This document shows positions 6,258 through 14,799 of a stretch of DNA of 32,000 bases, piece by piece. Positions within the stretch are counted from its first letter, which is position 1; each line of letters begins with the position of its first letter. Position numbers and translations under genes: made by a program. The notes beneath the pieces are model-generated. The model made no database searches and was not told where the DNA came from. It saw only the letters and a program-made list of their open reading frames with translations. The stretch is from Candidatus Nanoarchaeia archaeon (lineage in GTDB: Archaea > Nanobdellota > Nanobdellia > Woesearchaeales > JANQNC01): assembly GCA_028279745.1 (NCBI GenBank), contig JANQNC010000001.1:840001-872000 (forward strand), given 5' to 3'.

Positions 6258-8479
6258 CCCATCGTACGACTGAGTATCTGGAATGCTAAGAAGTTAAACA
6301 ACAGTATAACAACTCCTGCAATAAAACAATACATTGAGACTGCTTTGATCTCATTCTTACCGATGGAAGCTTGTTCTCCTAATTTATCAGCACCATTCTC
6401 GATACCGTTAACTAGTACAGATATTATGTAAATCAACTGAATAACATAAACTCCCACTACAATCTGAAAGTAGAAAGTGGGCACACCATAACCAAACAAG
6501 TCAAACACGCCACCAATAGCAACATCACTAGAAGTCTGTTCAGCAAGTCTATCAGTCAACTGGCCCATAATAAAAGTAACCATGGAAGTGATGCCTATAA
6601 CAATACCTGCAATAGCAGGTGTCATGAAATTAATCTGAGCCTTCAAACTTGAAATGGTATCAGATAATAGATCCTTTAATCTTTCATCAACCTTATGCAT
6701 CTCTTTAATATAATTTGAAATGTTGATCAAAGCAGAAGCTGCTACTTGTGGACCTTTCTTAGCTGATTCAACAAGAACTTTCATAGAAGATTCAACCAAA
6801 GATGAAGGAAAATCTTTCAAAGCACCATACTGAACATTAAACACAGCTTGTTCAACACCCAAACCTAATCGAGTAATGTTATTGCTTACGGTCTTAAAGA
6901 ACTTACCTGAAACACTGTTAGGCATAGAATCCGCGACCTTGCTGAAAGCAATCTCAGCAGGTAAACCATCACCAAGTCTATTCCCTAATGTGAACAAAGC
7001 GGAAGCGAACTCTTGTTCTAGCTGCTTGCTTCTGTTTCTTATCTCCATAACCTTGCCAGAAGTCAACTTAAAGAAAATACCAATACATAACCCAATACCT
7101 AAAACGACAAGAATACTAAATAAAGAAGAACCGAGACCAAACGGCCCGACAACCTGTCCATAATTGGGGCTGTCTTCTTTAGTTATCTCTCTATAATCCA
7201 ATAGACACAAACCTTTCTTCTCATTACCTTCAATATCGCCACCATACTTAATACCATCACCTCTGCTTGTTGTGCAATAATCAAACTCTAGCCCAGGATT
7301 CAAAAAGTGTAAAATCAAAGGAGTGTAGCCAATAATCAAGAAAATAACAAGAACTATCAAACTAAAGTACAAAGGGTTAATACCGATCTGAAGATTACCT
7401 TTGCCGATCAAAACCTTTTTTTGCTTTTTCATCTCAGGATTATACTCACTGATGTCAGTATCACCATAACCTGCAGGTCTAGTCGACAATATCTTCTTAC
7501 CTAAGAAAAATACTGCGGCAGGGAAACCAATATTGTATAATGCCATGACGTGAAACCATTCAACACCCTCCATAAAACTCAATACTAAAGGTAAAATAAC
7601 CAAACCAAGAATAGGCAAGACAATCCCAAGCATGTTCATAATAGTAAGAGGTGATTTTAAGTTTTGAGCGTAATGAAGCATCTTCTCATAAGTACCTTCA
7701 AGCATAACTGTCAAGGATTTATCCAAAGAACCAACCCGTCTATCTTCGCTGGTTTCGTATAAAGAAGATTCAATCAAGTGAACAGACTCAATAAATTCAT
7801 CATTAAAACCCTGCCATCTTTTCAAGTAGGAGTCCATACTGTCGCTGATATTGCTGAACTGTTCAGTCTCAACATCCCAGATAACTTTTCTTAGATCAAG
7901 ACTTAAAGGAGGACCGATGTGATCTGCTGCAAACCTAACTGCAAGTTCAAAGTTAGATGTGTGACGCATATAAGTAACCATGTAAAATATACAAAGAACC
8001 ATCTGATTGCTGGCTTTCATACGCCATTGAGTAGATAAAGTAAAAGGTAACTTACCTAGCGGCCCAATCATTATCAGACCAATCAAAGCAAAGAAAATTA
8101 TGAAAAACATATCCTGGAACAAGATAAAGCTAACAACAGACGCAGCAACAATAAATGCTAAAGGAAACAGATAACTAAAAGAGTTAACACCTGTAGGAGT
8201 TACATCTAAGTGACAAGTTTTAATCGCTTCTTCCATAGCCGGCAAATTTTTTTCAGAAACAGGCATCTTAAGAACTCTCTCAGCAAGGCCACAGCCTTTC
8301 TCATAGAGAGAAAGACGCCTAGGCAACAAGTCTTTCCTAAACTCATCATACTCACGAGAAGAAATCTTATCTGTGTCAACAGAACCTTCAGGAATACCAG
8401 CAGGTTCAGGAGCCATCTGACTAGCTATCTTTTTCTTGAACTCCTCAGCCATCTTGTCATAGTCCTTCATTTCAGGCAT
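6254..8479 (-). CDS. Polytopic membrane platform protein of the FlaJ/TadC/PilC (T2SS-F) type
   Basis: The protein is 741 aa and contains two soluble helical segments, each followed by TM bundles. These segments are ELAVRFAADHIGPPLSLDLRKVIWDV...MLEGTYEKMLHYAQNLKSPL and EFASALFTLGNRLGDGLPAEIAFSKVAD...MKVLVESAKKGPQVAASAL. That arrangement matches duplicated T2SS-F domains. It is the last gene of the ATPase operon. Confidence 0.7.
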   Translation of the reverse strand: MPEMKDYDKMAEEFKKKIASQMAPEPAGIPEGSVDTDKISSREYDEFRKDLLPRRLSLYEKGCGLAERVLKMPVSEKNLPAMEEAIKTCHLDVTPTGVNSFSYLFPLAFIVAASVVSFILFQDMFFIIFFALIGLIMIGPLGKLPFTLSTQWRMKASNQMVLCIFYMVTYMRHTSNFELAVRFAADHIGPPLSLDLRKVIWDVETEQFSNISDSMDSYLKRWQGFNDEFIESVHLIESSLYETSEDRRVGSLDKSLTVMLEGTYEKMLHYAQNLKSPLTIMNMLGIVLPILGLVILPLVLSFMEGVEWFHVMALYNIGFPAAVFFLGKKILSTRPAGYGDTDISEYNPEMKKQKKVLIGKGNLQIGINPLYFSLIVLVIFLIIGYTPLILHFLNPGLEFDYCTTSRGDGIKYGGDIEGNEKKGLCLLDYREITKEDSPNYGQVVGPFGLGSSLFSILVVLGIGLCIGIFFKLTSGKVMEIRNRSKQLEQEFASALFTLGNRLGDGLPAEIAFSKVADSMPNSVSGKFFKTVSNNITRLGLGVEQAVFNVQYGALKDFPSSLVESSMKVLVESAKKGPQVAASALINISNYIKEMHKVDERLKDLLSDTISSLKAQINFMTPAIAGIVIGITSMVTFIMGQLTDRLAEQTSSDVAIGGVFDLFGYGVPTFYFQIVVGVYVIQLIYIISVLVNGIENGADKLGEQASIGKNEIKAVSMYCFIAGVVILLFNFLAFQILSRTMG

Positions 8480-9213
8480 CTTAGTAAATCTCCATGAGTT
8501 TTTTTATTGCTGAATATTAAGTCAGCCATCCAAACACTGGGCTTATCACCCTTGTAATCTGTAACTTTCCCACCTGCTTCCTTAACAGCAATTATCCCCG
8601 GTGCAATATCCCATGGCTTAACATTATGACATAAATAAAAGTCACAACCCCCATTTGCAACAAGAAGCGTGTCAAGAGCAGCACAACCTAAAGTCCTTAA
8701 ACTGAAAGTTTCATTTGCAACCTTAACAATCTGATCTGAAATGTTCTTATGGTCTTTTAGATGGGTCGAAGTAACAAATAAAGCGTCTTCAAAACTTTTA
8801 TCAGACACATGAACTTTCTTATCATTGATAAAACAGCCTTTGCCTTTTTCAGCAACTAAAAACATGTCAAGTGCAGGAAGGTTCATAACGCCCAGAATAA
8901 TCTCTTCATTTTTCATCAAAGCGATATTAACCCCAAATAGAGGTATGCCTTTCATAAAATTGTGAGTGCCGTCAACAGGATCAATAAACCAAGTATATTC
9001 AGAACCTCTATTTTCTCTATGGGACTCTTCAGAAACTATATTGTGATCGGGGAAGTGAGACTTAATGATCTCTTTAATCAGTTTTTCAGATGCTTTGTCA
9101 GTCTCGGTAACGAAATCCTGGTGACTCTTCTCATGGATCTCATGTTTTTTATGAAAGTTATTCATAACTAAGTTCCCGGCTTCTAACGCAGCCTTTACCA
9201 TTACCTCTTTCAT
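8467..9213 (-). CDS. suhB: Inositol-monophosphatase family protein (archaeal IMPase/FBPase-type)
   Basis: It has the FVTETD, WFIDPVDGTHNF and KPWDIAPG motifs of the IMPase/CysQ superfamily. The start codon forms an ATGA overlap with the ATPase stop (9210-9213). Its 3' end overlaps the platform gene start by 13 nt. Confidence 0.85.
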   Translation of the reverse strand: MKEVMVKAALEAGNLVMNNFHKKHEIHEKSHQDFVTETDKASEKLIKEIIKSHFPDHNIVSEESHRENRGSEYTWFIDPVDGTHNFMKGIPLFGVNIALMKNEEIILGVMNLPALDMFLVAEKGKGCFINDKKVHVSDKSFEDALFVTSTHLKDHKNISDQIVKVANETFSLRTLGCAALDTLLVANGGCDFYLCHNVKPWDIAPGIIAVKEAGGKVTDYKGDKPSVWMADLIFSNKKTHGDLLRCLK

Positions 9214-11510
9214 TTTTTGTTAACACTTTCTTTCTTAACTTCACGTTTAACCCAAACATCCCAATCTTCAAAGATACGTTTAGGGTCTAAGCTTCCAACT
9301 TCATCCTGGATCTTTTCAGAAACCTTGTGGAACTGATCATTACACTTAATTACAAATGGAGCTTCCAGCAGGTCAAGATTATTAGATTGATGAGCATAAT
9401 TAACAACAGCTTCTTTTGTTTTTGCCCTTAACAAAACATTACCCCACAAAGCATCCCAATCAGTAGCCCATTCTTTAACATTGCCTGCAATAGATTTTAA
9501 TATTTCAGAATCTCCGTTAATCAGATCAGGAGTTGTATCTAATTCATCTTTACCTGGGTTATATTTTAACAGGTCGACAAAACCTCCTTCTGCCATAGGA
9601 TCTTCTTCCCAGAACTTCCTAACTTCAGTTATTTGAGTTACCCTTCTCATCTTATGAAGACCATCAGCACTTCTAACTGGGTTTGCAATAATCACAGCAT
9701 CAGTAGCTTTGAAAGAAGTTTTAGGCACACCTAGATCATTAACAACCCTATCGTAAATACCGTAAGGAGAGTCACCATGGATAGTTCCAGCAACAACATT
9801 AGCAGCAGCGCCAACTCTCATAGCTTCATACAAAGCAACAGCTTCTTTACTTCTAACTTCTCCAACAATCAATGCACTGTCACCAAGTCTTAACGTAGCT
9901 CTGATACCGTCAGCAGCATTCATCTCACCACTTTCAGCAGATGCAAAAGCAGAAGCAACCTTCATGGGTTGAATGTTATAACCTAATTCTCTTAAAGGAG
10001 ACGTTGGAAGTTCTAAAGTATCCTCGATAGTTATAATCCTGTAACGTCTCATCATCTCAACAAGAATACTTGCAAGCAATGAAGACTTACCTGAACTTCT
10101 TGTCCCACAGATAAGCATAGTCTTGTTTCCATCAATCAAGAAACTCCACAAACCTGCAGCAATGGGGTTAATGGTTTTGTAGTGCATGAAAAGAGGGAAA
10201 GTCCAAGGCTTATCCCTGTGTCTTCTAAAACTAAAACCTAATCCAAAAGGGTTTAATGGTTCAGTTATTGTACTAACCCTGCACCTGGCTCCAGGGAATT
10301 CAATCTCAGTATCAAGAATTGGATGAGCTTCATCTAAAGGCCTGCCAGAAATCATCCTTAACTTTGATGCCCAAGACTCACTCTCGGGAATGGTTGGATA
10401 TATGTTGGTATTACAGTCCCCAAATTCACCATGAACAACGAATAAAGGAATCCTTCCAAGAGGGCTGTTAACACTTACATCTTGGATCTGTTCATCTTGA
10501 AGCAGAACTTCAATCAAACCAAAACCAACAGTATACCTAACTAATATTTCTGAAAGCTGATTCATCTCTTTATGAGACATACGAACATTTCTACTCTTCA
10601 CTAACTCTTCAATTAAATCTAGCCCAACATGAGTAAACACTTCCCTCATCCTTTGAGGATCAACAAACTCTTCTTTAGTTGGTTTGTGTTCAGCCATAAC
10701 TCTACGAGCCATATCTAAAATTTCATATTTATCTTCAGTAAGCTTGAATTCGGGAGGCATCATATGATACAAAGTTTCTACTGTGCCAGGAACGTCAAAA
10801 ACAGTAACTTCAATATCATCATTAACAAGGTAAGAGTTTATTTCTTCACCATTAGTAGGATAATCAGCCATCAACTTAGTAAACATAAAATCAGGCTTAA
10901 TTGCAGGCCTGAAAAGCTTCCTGTAAATACTTCTGTCACCAAGCATGTAACCTGCAACATCGGGCAACGCAACACCAATAAGCTTGGTTCTTTCAAAACT
11001 CCTTATAAGCCACATAACAATACTCATGAAATTCTTTATACCTGCAGCAGTGCTTTGATCAGCAACTTTCTCTAAATGCATCCTTTCATGTCTAAGAATC
11101 CTTTTTAACTCAACATAAGCACCAATCGGATCAGACTTCAGCAAACTATAGACAACTATCTGTAAATCTTGATACCACTTGTTTGCAAAACTAGAACAGT
11201 TTGGGTTAGAAGCAATCTTACCATAACTAAACATCTCTTTGTTAGACACAACGGTGTTGAACAAAACACCAATCTCTTTCAAAAGACCAACCTGGTTCAA
11301 ATCATATTCATAATCTTTTCTTTGATTAAACACAATCTTGGTTATTGTGCCAGAACTTGCTAATTCATCAACAACACGAGACATGATAAGAGGATTGTCC
11401 TCAAGGCTAGGGATGATATTAAGGCTTTCACAGTTAAATCTAAGTATAGCTTCACCGCCTTCTCTAACTATTTCACCCTTTAAAGAACCAACATTTTGTG
11501 AATCAACCAT
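9210..11510 (-). CDS. Type II/IV secretion-family ATPase (FlaI/PilB/VirB11-like) with a long N-terminal extension
   Basis: Motifs present are Walker A (CGTRSSGKSSLL), Asp box (IITIEDTLEL), Walker B (ALIVGEVRSKEA) and His box (VAGTIHGDSP). Walker A lies roughly 470 aa into a 766-aa protein, so the N-terminal region is unusually long. Confidence 0.85.
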   Translation of the reverse strand: MVDSQNVGSLKGEIVREGGEAILRFNCESLNIIPSLEDNPLIMSRVVDELASSGTITKIVFNQRKDYEYDLNQVGLLKEIGVLFNTVVSNKEMFSYGKIASNPNCSSFANKWYQDLQIVVYSLLKSDPIGAYVELKRILRHERMHLEKVADQSTAAGIKNFMSIVMWLIRSFERTKLIGVALPDVAGYMLGDRSIYRKLFRPAIKPDFMFTKLMADYPTNGEEINSYLVNDDIEVTVFDVPGTVETLYHMMPPEFKLTEDKYEILDMARRVMAEHKPTKEEFVDPQRMREVFTHVGLDLIEELVKSRNVRMSHKEMNQLSEILVRYTVGFGLIEVLLQDEQIQDVSVNSPLGRIPLFVVHGEFGDCNTNIYPTIPESESWASKLRMISGRPLDEAHPILDTEIEFPGARCRVSTITEPLNPFGLGFSFRRHRDKPWTFPLFMHYKTINPIAAGLWSFLIDGNKTMLICGTRSSGKSSLLASILVEMMRRYRIITIEDTLELPTSPLRELGYNIQPMKVASAFASAESGEMNAADGIRATLRLGDSALIVGEVRSKEAVALYEAMRVGAAANVVAGTIHGDSPYGIYDRVVNDLGVPKTSFKATDAVIIANPVRSADGLHKMRRVTQITEVRKFWEEDPMAEGGFVDLLKYNPGKDELDTTPDLINGDSEILKSIAGNVKEWATDWDALWGNVLLRAKTKEAVVNYAHQSNNLDLLEAPFVIKCNDQFHKVSEKIQDEVGSLDPKRIFEDWDVWVKREVKKESVNKK

Positions 11511-11610
11511 TAATCTACCCCTCTTTTTTATAGTTATAACTACTGAAAAATATCCATGAATGCTAATATTTAAATATTCCTAAAATAGAATGCCTTTTTA
11601 GGAGGAAAAA
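11511..11610. promoter_or_regulatory. Divergent promoter region between the ATPase operon and the coiled-coil genes
   Basis: A/T boxes on both strands are TTTTTTATAGTTATAAC (11525-11541, for the minus gene) and AATATTTAAATATT (11565-11578, for the plus gene). AGGAGG at 11600-11605 sits 5 nt before ATG 11611. Confidence 0.4.
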
Positions 11611-12096
11611 ATGCCAGAACAGCAACCAATGCAGCCACCACAACCGATGGGGCAAGAAACACCGGCAGCACAGCCAGAAGAAAAGAAATCAATAGGTGCA
11701 TCGCTATTCGGGCCAAAAAAACCAGAAGCTCCAGCACAACCACAAACATCTTCAGAAGTAATTGAGATGGGTCAAAGATTAAGATTAATAGAAGAAAGGT
11801 TCGCAAACTTAAGAAACAAAGTGGGAGTAATGGATCAGAACATGCTTAATAATTCAAGAGAAGAGAAAAAAGATATACAAGGAGTAAATGCAGAGTTAGA
11901 TGAGATAAACAGAACAATCAACGACCTAAAAGACAAGATGAAGCTGATGATAGAAGAGATAAAAACAATGGCAAGAAATGAAGATTTGCAAACCATAAAA
12001 AAGTATTTAGAGTACTGGCAGCCAGTCGAGTTTGTGACAAGGAAAGAACTATTAGATGTTGTTAAAAGATTGAAGGAAGATAGACAGAACATTTAA
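11611..12096 (+). CDS. Coiled-coil protein with a P/Q-rich N-terminus
   Basis: A strong SD (AGGAGG) precedes the start. The N-terminus is MPEQQPMQPPQPMGQETPAAQPEE, followed by ~110 aa of heptad-like K/E/L/I sequence. No enzymatic motif is present. Confidence 0.6.
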   Translation: MPEQQPMQPPQPMGQETPAAQPEEKKSIGASLFGPKKPEAPAQPQTSSEVIEMGQRLRLIEERFANLRNKVGVMDQNMLNNSREEKKDIQGVNAELDEINRTINDLKDKMKLMIEEIKTMARNEDLQTIKKYLEYWQPVEFVTRKELLDVVKRLKEDRQNI

Positions 12097-12142
12097 ATAC
12101 TAAACAAAACAAAATAATATAAAAAAAGAAGGTGATAATATA

Positions 12143-12862
12143 ATGGCAGATGCATCAATTCTAGATCAAGTATTGCAGATGAAACAGCAAGGGCTTTCAG
12201 ATAATCAGATAATCCAAACATTACAAAGAGCAGGTAATAACCCACAGCAAATATTTGATGCAATGAGTCAAGCAGAAATAAAAGGAGGAGTGCAAGGAGT
12301 GCCTCCGCAGGAGATGCAGATGCAACAACAACCAGAAAACCCGATGCAGATGCAACAACAAGAACAGATGCCTCAATATCAACAACCACCGATGCAAGGT
12401 GGAGTAAGCAATGAAGAAGTAGAAGCGATAGCAGAATCAATAATAGATGAAAAATGGGACGACTTGATGAAAAGCATGAGCAAAGTGATAGCATGGAAAG
12501 AAGATATGGATGGAAAATTAGCAGAGATGGATCAGAAATTCAACGACTTACAGAAAAACTTTGAAGAATTACACAAATCAGTATTAGGAAAAATATCAGA
12601 CTATGACAGAACAATGACAGATGTGGGTACTGACTTAAAAGCAATGTCAACAGTGTTCAAAAAGATACTGCCTGGTTTTATGGAGACAGTGGGGGAGTTA
12701 TCTCAAATAAGAGATGATCTATCGGGAGTTCCAGGATCAAAGAAGCCGAAGAAAGCCGAACCTGTAGAACCTAAACCATTGTTTGATGAAAAAACTGAAG
12801 TAGAAGAGAAGGAAGAAAAACTTTCTGATAAAGATAAAAAATCAATAGAAGATAACATCTAA
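12143..12862 (+). CDS. Coiled-coil protein with an N-terminal small helical module, a Q/M/P-rich linker and a K/E-rich tail
   Basis: An SD-like AAGGTGA lies upstream. The N-terminal module ILDQVLQMKQQGLSDNQIIQTLQRAGNNPQQIFDAM resembles the repeat modules in the tail of the first ORF. The linker is PPQEMQMQQQPENPMQMQQQEQMPQYQQPPMQ, followed by a coiled coil. Confidence 0.6.
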   Translation: MADASILDQVLQMKQQGLSDNQIIQTLQRAGNNPQQIFDAMSQAEIKGGVQGVPPQEMQMQQQPENPMQMQQQEQMPQYQQPPMQGGVSNEEVEAIAESIIDEKWDDLMKSMSKVIAWKEDMDGKLAEMDQKFNDLQKNFEELHKSVLGKISDYDRTMTDVGTDLKAMSTVFKKILPGFMETVGELSQIRDDLSGVPGSKKPKKAEPVEPKPLFDEKTEVEEKEEKLSDKDKKSIEDNI

Positions 12863-12867
12863 TTCTT

Positions 12868-13446
12868 TTATTTTGCGTCTGGTCCGCCGGCCATAAGCCT
12901 GACCGTGAAAGAAGCAATCAATAGGATAAATAATAACCCAACAACTTTAGGATTAAACAAAACAGACCATACATTATCTGTAAAAGTTTCAGGCTGTTTA
13001 GGTGTGATATTAGCTATCTCTTGAGCAGGAGTTCCATTAGCCGTTAAAGATAACAAACCAGGACCATAAACCTTACCTAAACCAGCTATCAATATTATTA
13101 CACCAAAGATAAGAATAAACCAATGGATGGTGTCCCATTTTGACATAACACCAATAACACTCTTTTCAGGAGCGCCCATAAACCTATACATCATCAAAAC
13201 AAACATGATGAATATTATCAACACAACAAACCAAGGCGCCATAAAATTGATCATCTCGATCATCTTAGGACTAAACAACATGATGCCTGCAATACAGATT
13301 GCGATCAGAGAATTAATTCCTCTATCAGTGTTTTTACCAAATGGTTTGATAAACTCAAGAATTGCAAAAGTAACAGCAAACACAAGAATAAAAGGGAAAA
13401 CTACTGAGAAGTGTTGCAGTAACCCGATATCAAGAAGTGTCGCCAT
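12868..13446 (-). CDS. Polytopic membrane protein, paralogue 1 of a tandem family
   Basis: I place the start at ATG 13446 (MATLLDIGLL...). The longer track ORF would overlap the upstream gene. The N-terminal helix VVFPFILVFAVTFAILEFIKPFGKN matches the signature of the two upstream paralogues. It has about 5 predicted TM helices. Confidence 0.6.
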   Translation of the reverse strand: MATLLDIGLLQHFSVVFPFILVFAVTFAILEFIKPFGKNTDRGINSLIAICIAGIMLFSPKMIEMINFMAPWFVVLIIFIMFVLMMYRFMGAPEKSVIGVMSKWDTIHWFILIFGVIILIAGLGKVYGPGLLSLTANGTPAQEIANITPKQPETFTDNVWSVLFNPKVVGLLFILLIASFTVRLMAGGPDAK

Positions 13447-13471
13447 TTTAAAAATCAAAGCATGAAGGAAA

Positions 13472-14116
13472 TTATTTCTTTCCTCCAGCACTAAGCATCT
13501 CACCTAACTTTTCGAATGCACTCTTTTCGTCCTTTTCTTTAGGCTCACTAATAATGAACCAAACCAATAAACCAAACATCAAGATGACCAGTATCATCCC
13601 CCTGTTCGTGTCATCGTTCAAAAAGTCAAGCCATCCAGGAAGATTGTATCCTCCTAAGATTCCTGCTGATGCCAAAAAGATAAGCACAACTACGATAAAA
13701 GATATTACGGCTACCACACCAGCTAAAGGCGTGCCAGCAATATTGATTTCAGGTCCTAGAATACCTATAAGCATCATGACCATTATGATCAATACCGCAA
13801 TAACTGAAATCTGAGGAAGTGCGTTGTTAATAACTTCAACTACATCAGGAAAGTTAGTTCCTGCAAGTTTAGCGTCATACTTATTTTCTAAAGTGCCTAG
13901 TGTGACGTGAGGAATAACTACAAGCAAACCAATAATCAATGCAATTATGACATTAAAATTCTTTTGTGGTTTGCCGTCATCAGTCTTACCTAAAACTTTA
14001 GTTTTCTGTAAAACTGCAAACATTATTGTAAATATAAGTAAAAATGGTAATAAAACATCTGCGAGACCTAAATCATTAAGGCTTCGAATTCCTTGTACAA
14101 GTATATTTTGTGGCAT
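13472..14116 (-). CDS. Polytopic membrane protein, paralogue 2 of a tandem family
   Basis: The signature is LGLADVLLPFLLIFTIMFAVLQKTKVLGK. AGGAGG lies 8 nt upstream of the ATG (14125-14130, minus strand). The C-terminal tail is K/E rich. Confidence 0.65.
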   Translation of the reverse strand: MPQNILVQGIRSLNDLGLADVLLPFLLIFTIMFAVLQKTKVLGKTDDGKPQKNFNVIIALIIGLLVVIPHVTLGTLENKYDAKLAGTNFPDVVEVINNALPQISVIAVLIIMVMMLIGILGPEINIAGTPLAGVVAVISFIVVVLIFLASAGILGGYNLPGWLDFLNDDTNRGMILVILMFGLLVWFIISEPKEKDEKSAFEKLGEMLSAGGKK

Positions 14117-14161
14117 CTAAACAACCTCCTTTAAGTATAAATTAACTCACAATCTGTATAT

Positions 14162-14179
14162 AAAAAGCTTTCGCTTTTT
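14162..14179 (-). terminator. Hairpin AAAAAGC-tttc-GCTTTTT directly after the stop of paralogue 3
   Basis: A perfect 7-bp inverted repeat with a 4-nt loop sits just downstream of the stop codon at 14182-14184. The 3' arm supplies a U5 run on the minus-strand transcript. Confidence 0.35.
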
Positions 14180-14181
14180 AA

Positions 14182-14754
14182 CTACTCACTCTCTTCCTTC
14201 TTTTCTTTCTTTTTACTAGGGTCTCTTGTGATGTACATCATGAAGATAACAATCACAACAATCAAAATAATAGATGCTAAAGCATTCGTACTCCAATTAT
14301 CACGTATGAACTCCCACAACGGACCCAGCCATCCAAGCGCGTTAAGGAATATAAGCACAACACCAATACCCATAACTACCATGAAAAAGATCATCAAAGG
14401 CTGATCTTTAGCAAGTTTAATCTCTTCAGTACCTCTAAACGTACCTATCAACATAAGGAAACATACTGCGATCAGTACAAGTAAAACTACATTAGCTAGT
14501 GCTTGATTGATAACTGCAACAAGCTTTGAAGAAGCAACTACAAAAAACCCAATACAAAATGCAACTAATGAATTAAGATTACGTTTAGGGAATTCAACAC
14601 CATCCTTGTCTTTTTCAACACCTAAAACTCTTGTTTTTTCAAGAATTGCAAACATTATTGTAAATACTAATAGAAATGGAAGTACAACATCGTAAATTCC
14701 TATCTTGTAGAAGAAATTAATCACACCTCTAAAAGTAGATTCTTGAGCTTGCAT
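14182..14754 (-). CDS. Polytopic membrane protein, paralogue 3 of a tandem family
   Basis: The signature is IGIYDVVLPFLLVFTIMFAILEKTRVLGVEK. The C-terminal tail is K/E rich (DPSKKKEKKEESE). It has its own TATA box. Confidence 0.65.
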   Translation of the reverse strand: MQAQESTFRGVINFFYKIGIYDVVLPFLLVFTIMFAILEKTRVLGVEKDKDGVEFPKRNLNSLVAFCIGFFVVASSKLVAVINQALANVVLLVLIAVCFLMLIGTFRGTEEIKLAKDQPLMIFFMVVMGIGVVLIFLNALGWLGPLWEFIRDNWSTNALASIILIVVIVIFMMYITRDPSKKKEKKEESE

Positions 14755-14777
14755 ACTCTATTTATAAAGAGTTAGGG

Positions 14778-14786
14778 TATATAAAG
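14778..14786 (-). promoter_or_regulatory. TATA box (minus-strand CTTTATATA) for paralogue 3
   Basis: The box is centred ~28 nt upstream of ATG 14754, consistent with a leaderless transcript. Confidence 0.4.
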
Positions 14787-14799
14787 TTTTCTATGATTA

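Noticed and set aside
12313-12361. Direct repeat GATGCAGATGCAACAACAA occurring twice, 30 bp apart
   Set aside because: It lies in frame within the CDS and encodes the MQMQQQ low-complexity linker. It is a coding micro-duplication, not a regulatory or CRISPR-like repeat.
12093-12494. 133-aa minus-strand ORF antisense to the coiled-coil gene at 12143
   Set aside because: The extremely Leu/Ser/Phe-rich translation is typical of the antisense frame of purine-rich (K/E/Q) coding sequence. It has no promoter or SD and is fully overlapped by a well-supported plus-strand gene.
12868-14754. Reading the three membrane paralogues as type IV pilins
   Set aside because: They have multiple TM helices spread along the protein and lack a basic N-terminus followed by a K/R-G cleavage site and a single hydrophobic helix. 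This is not a pilin architecture.
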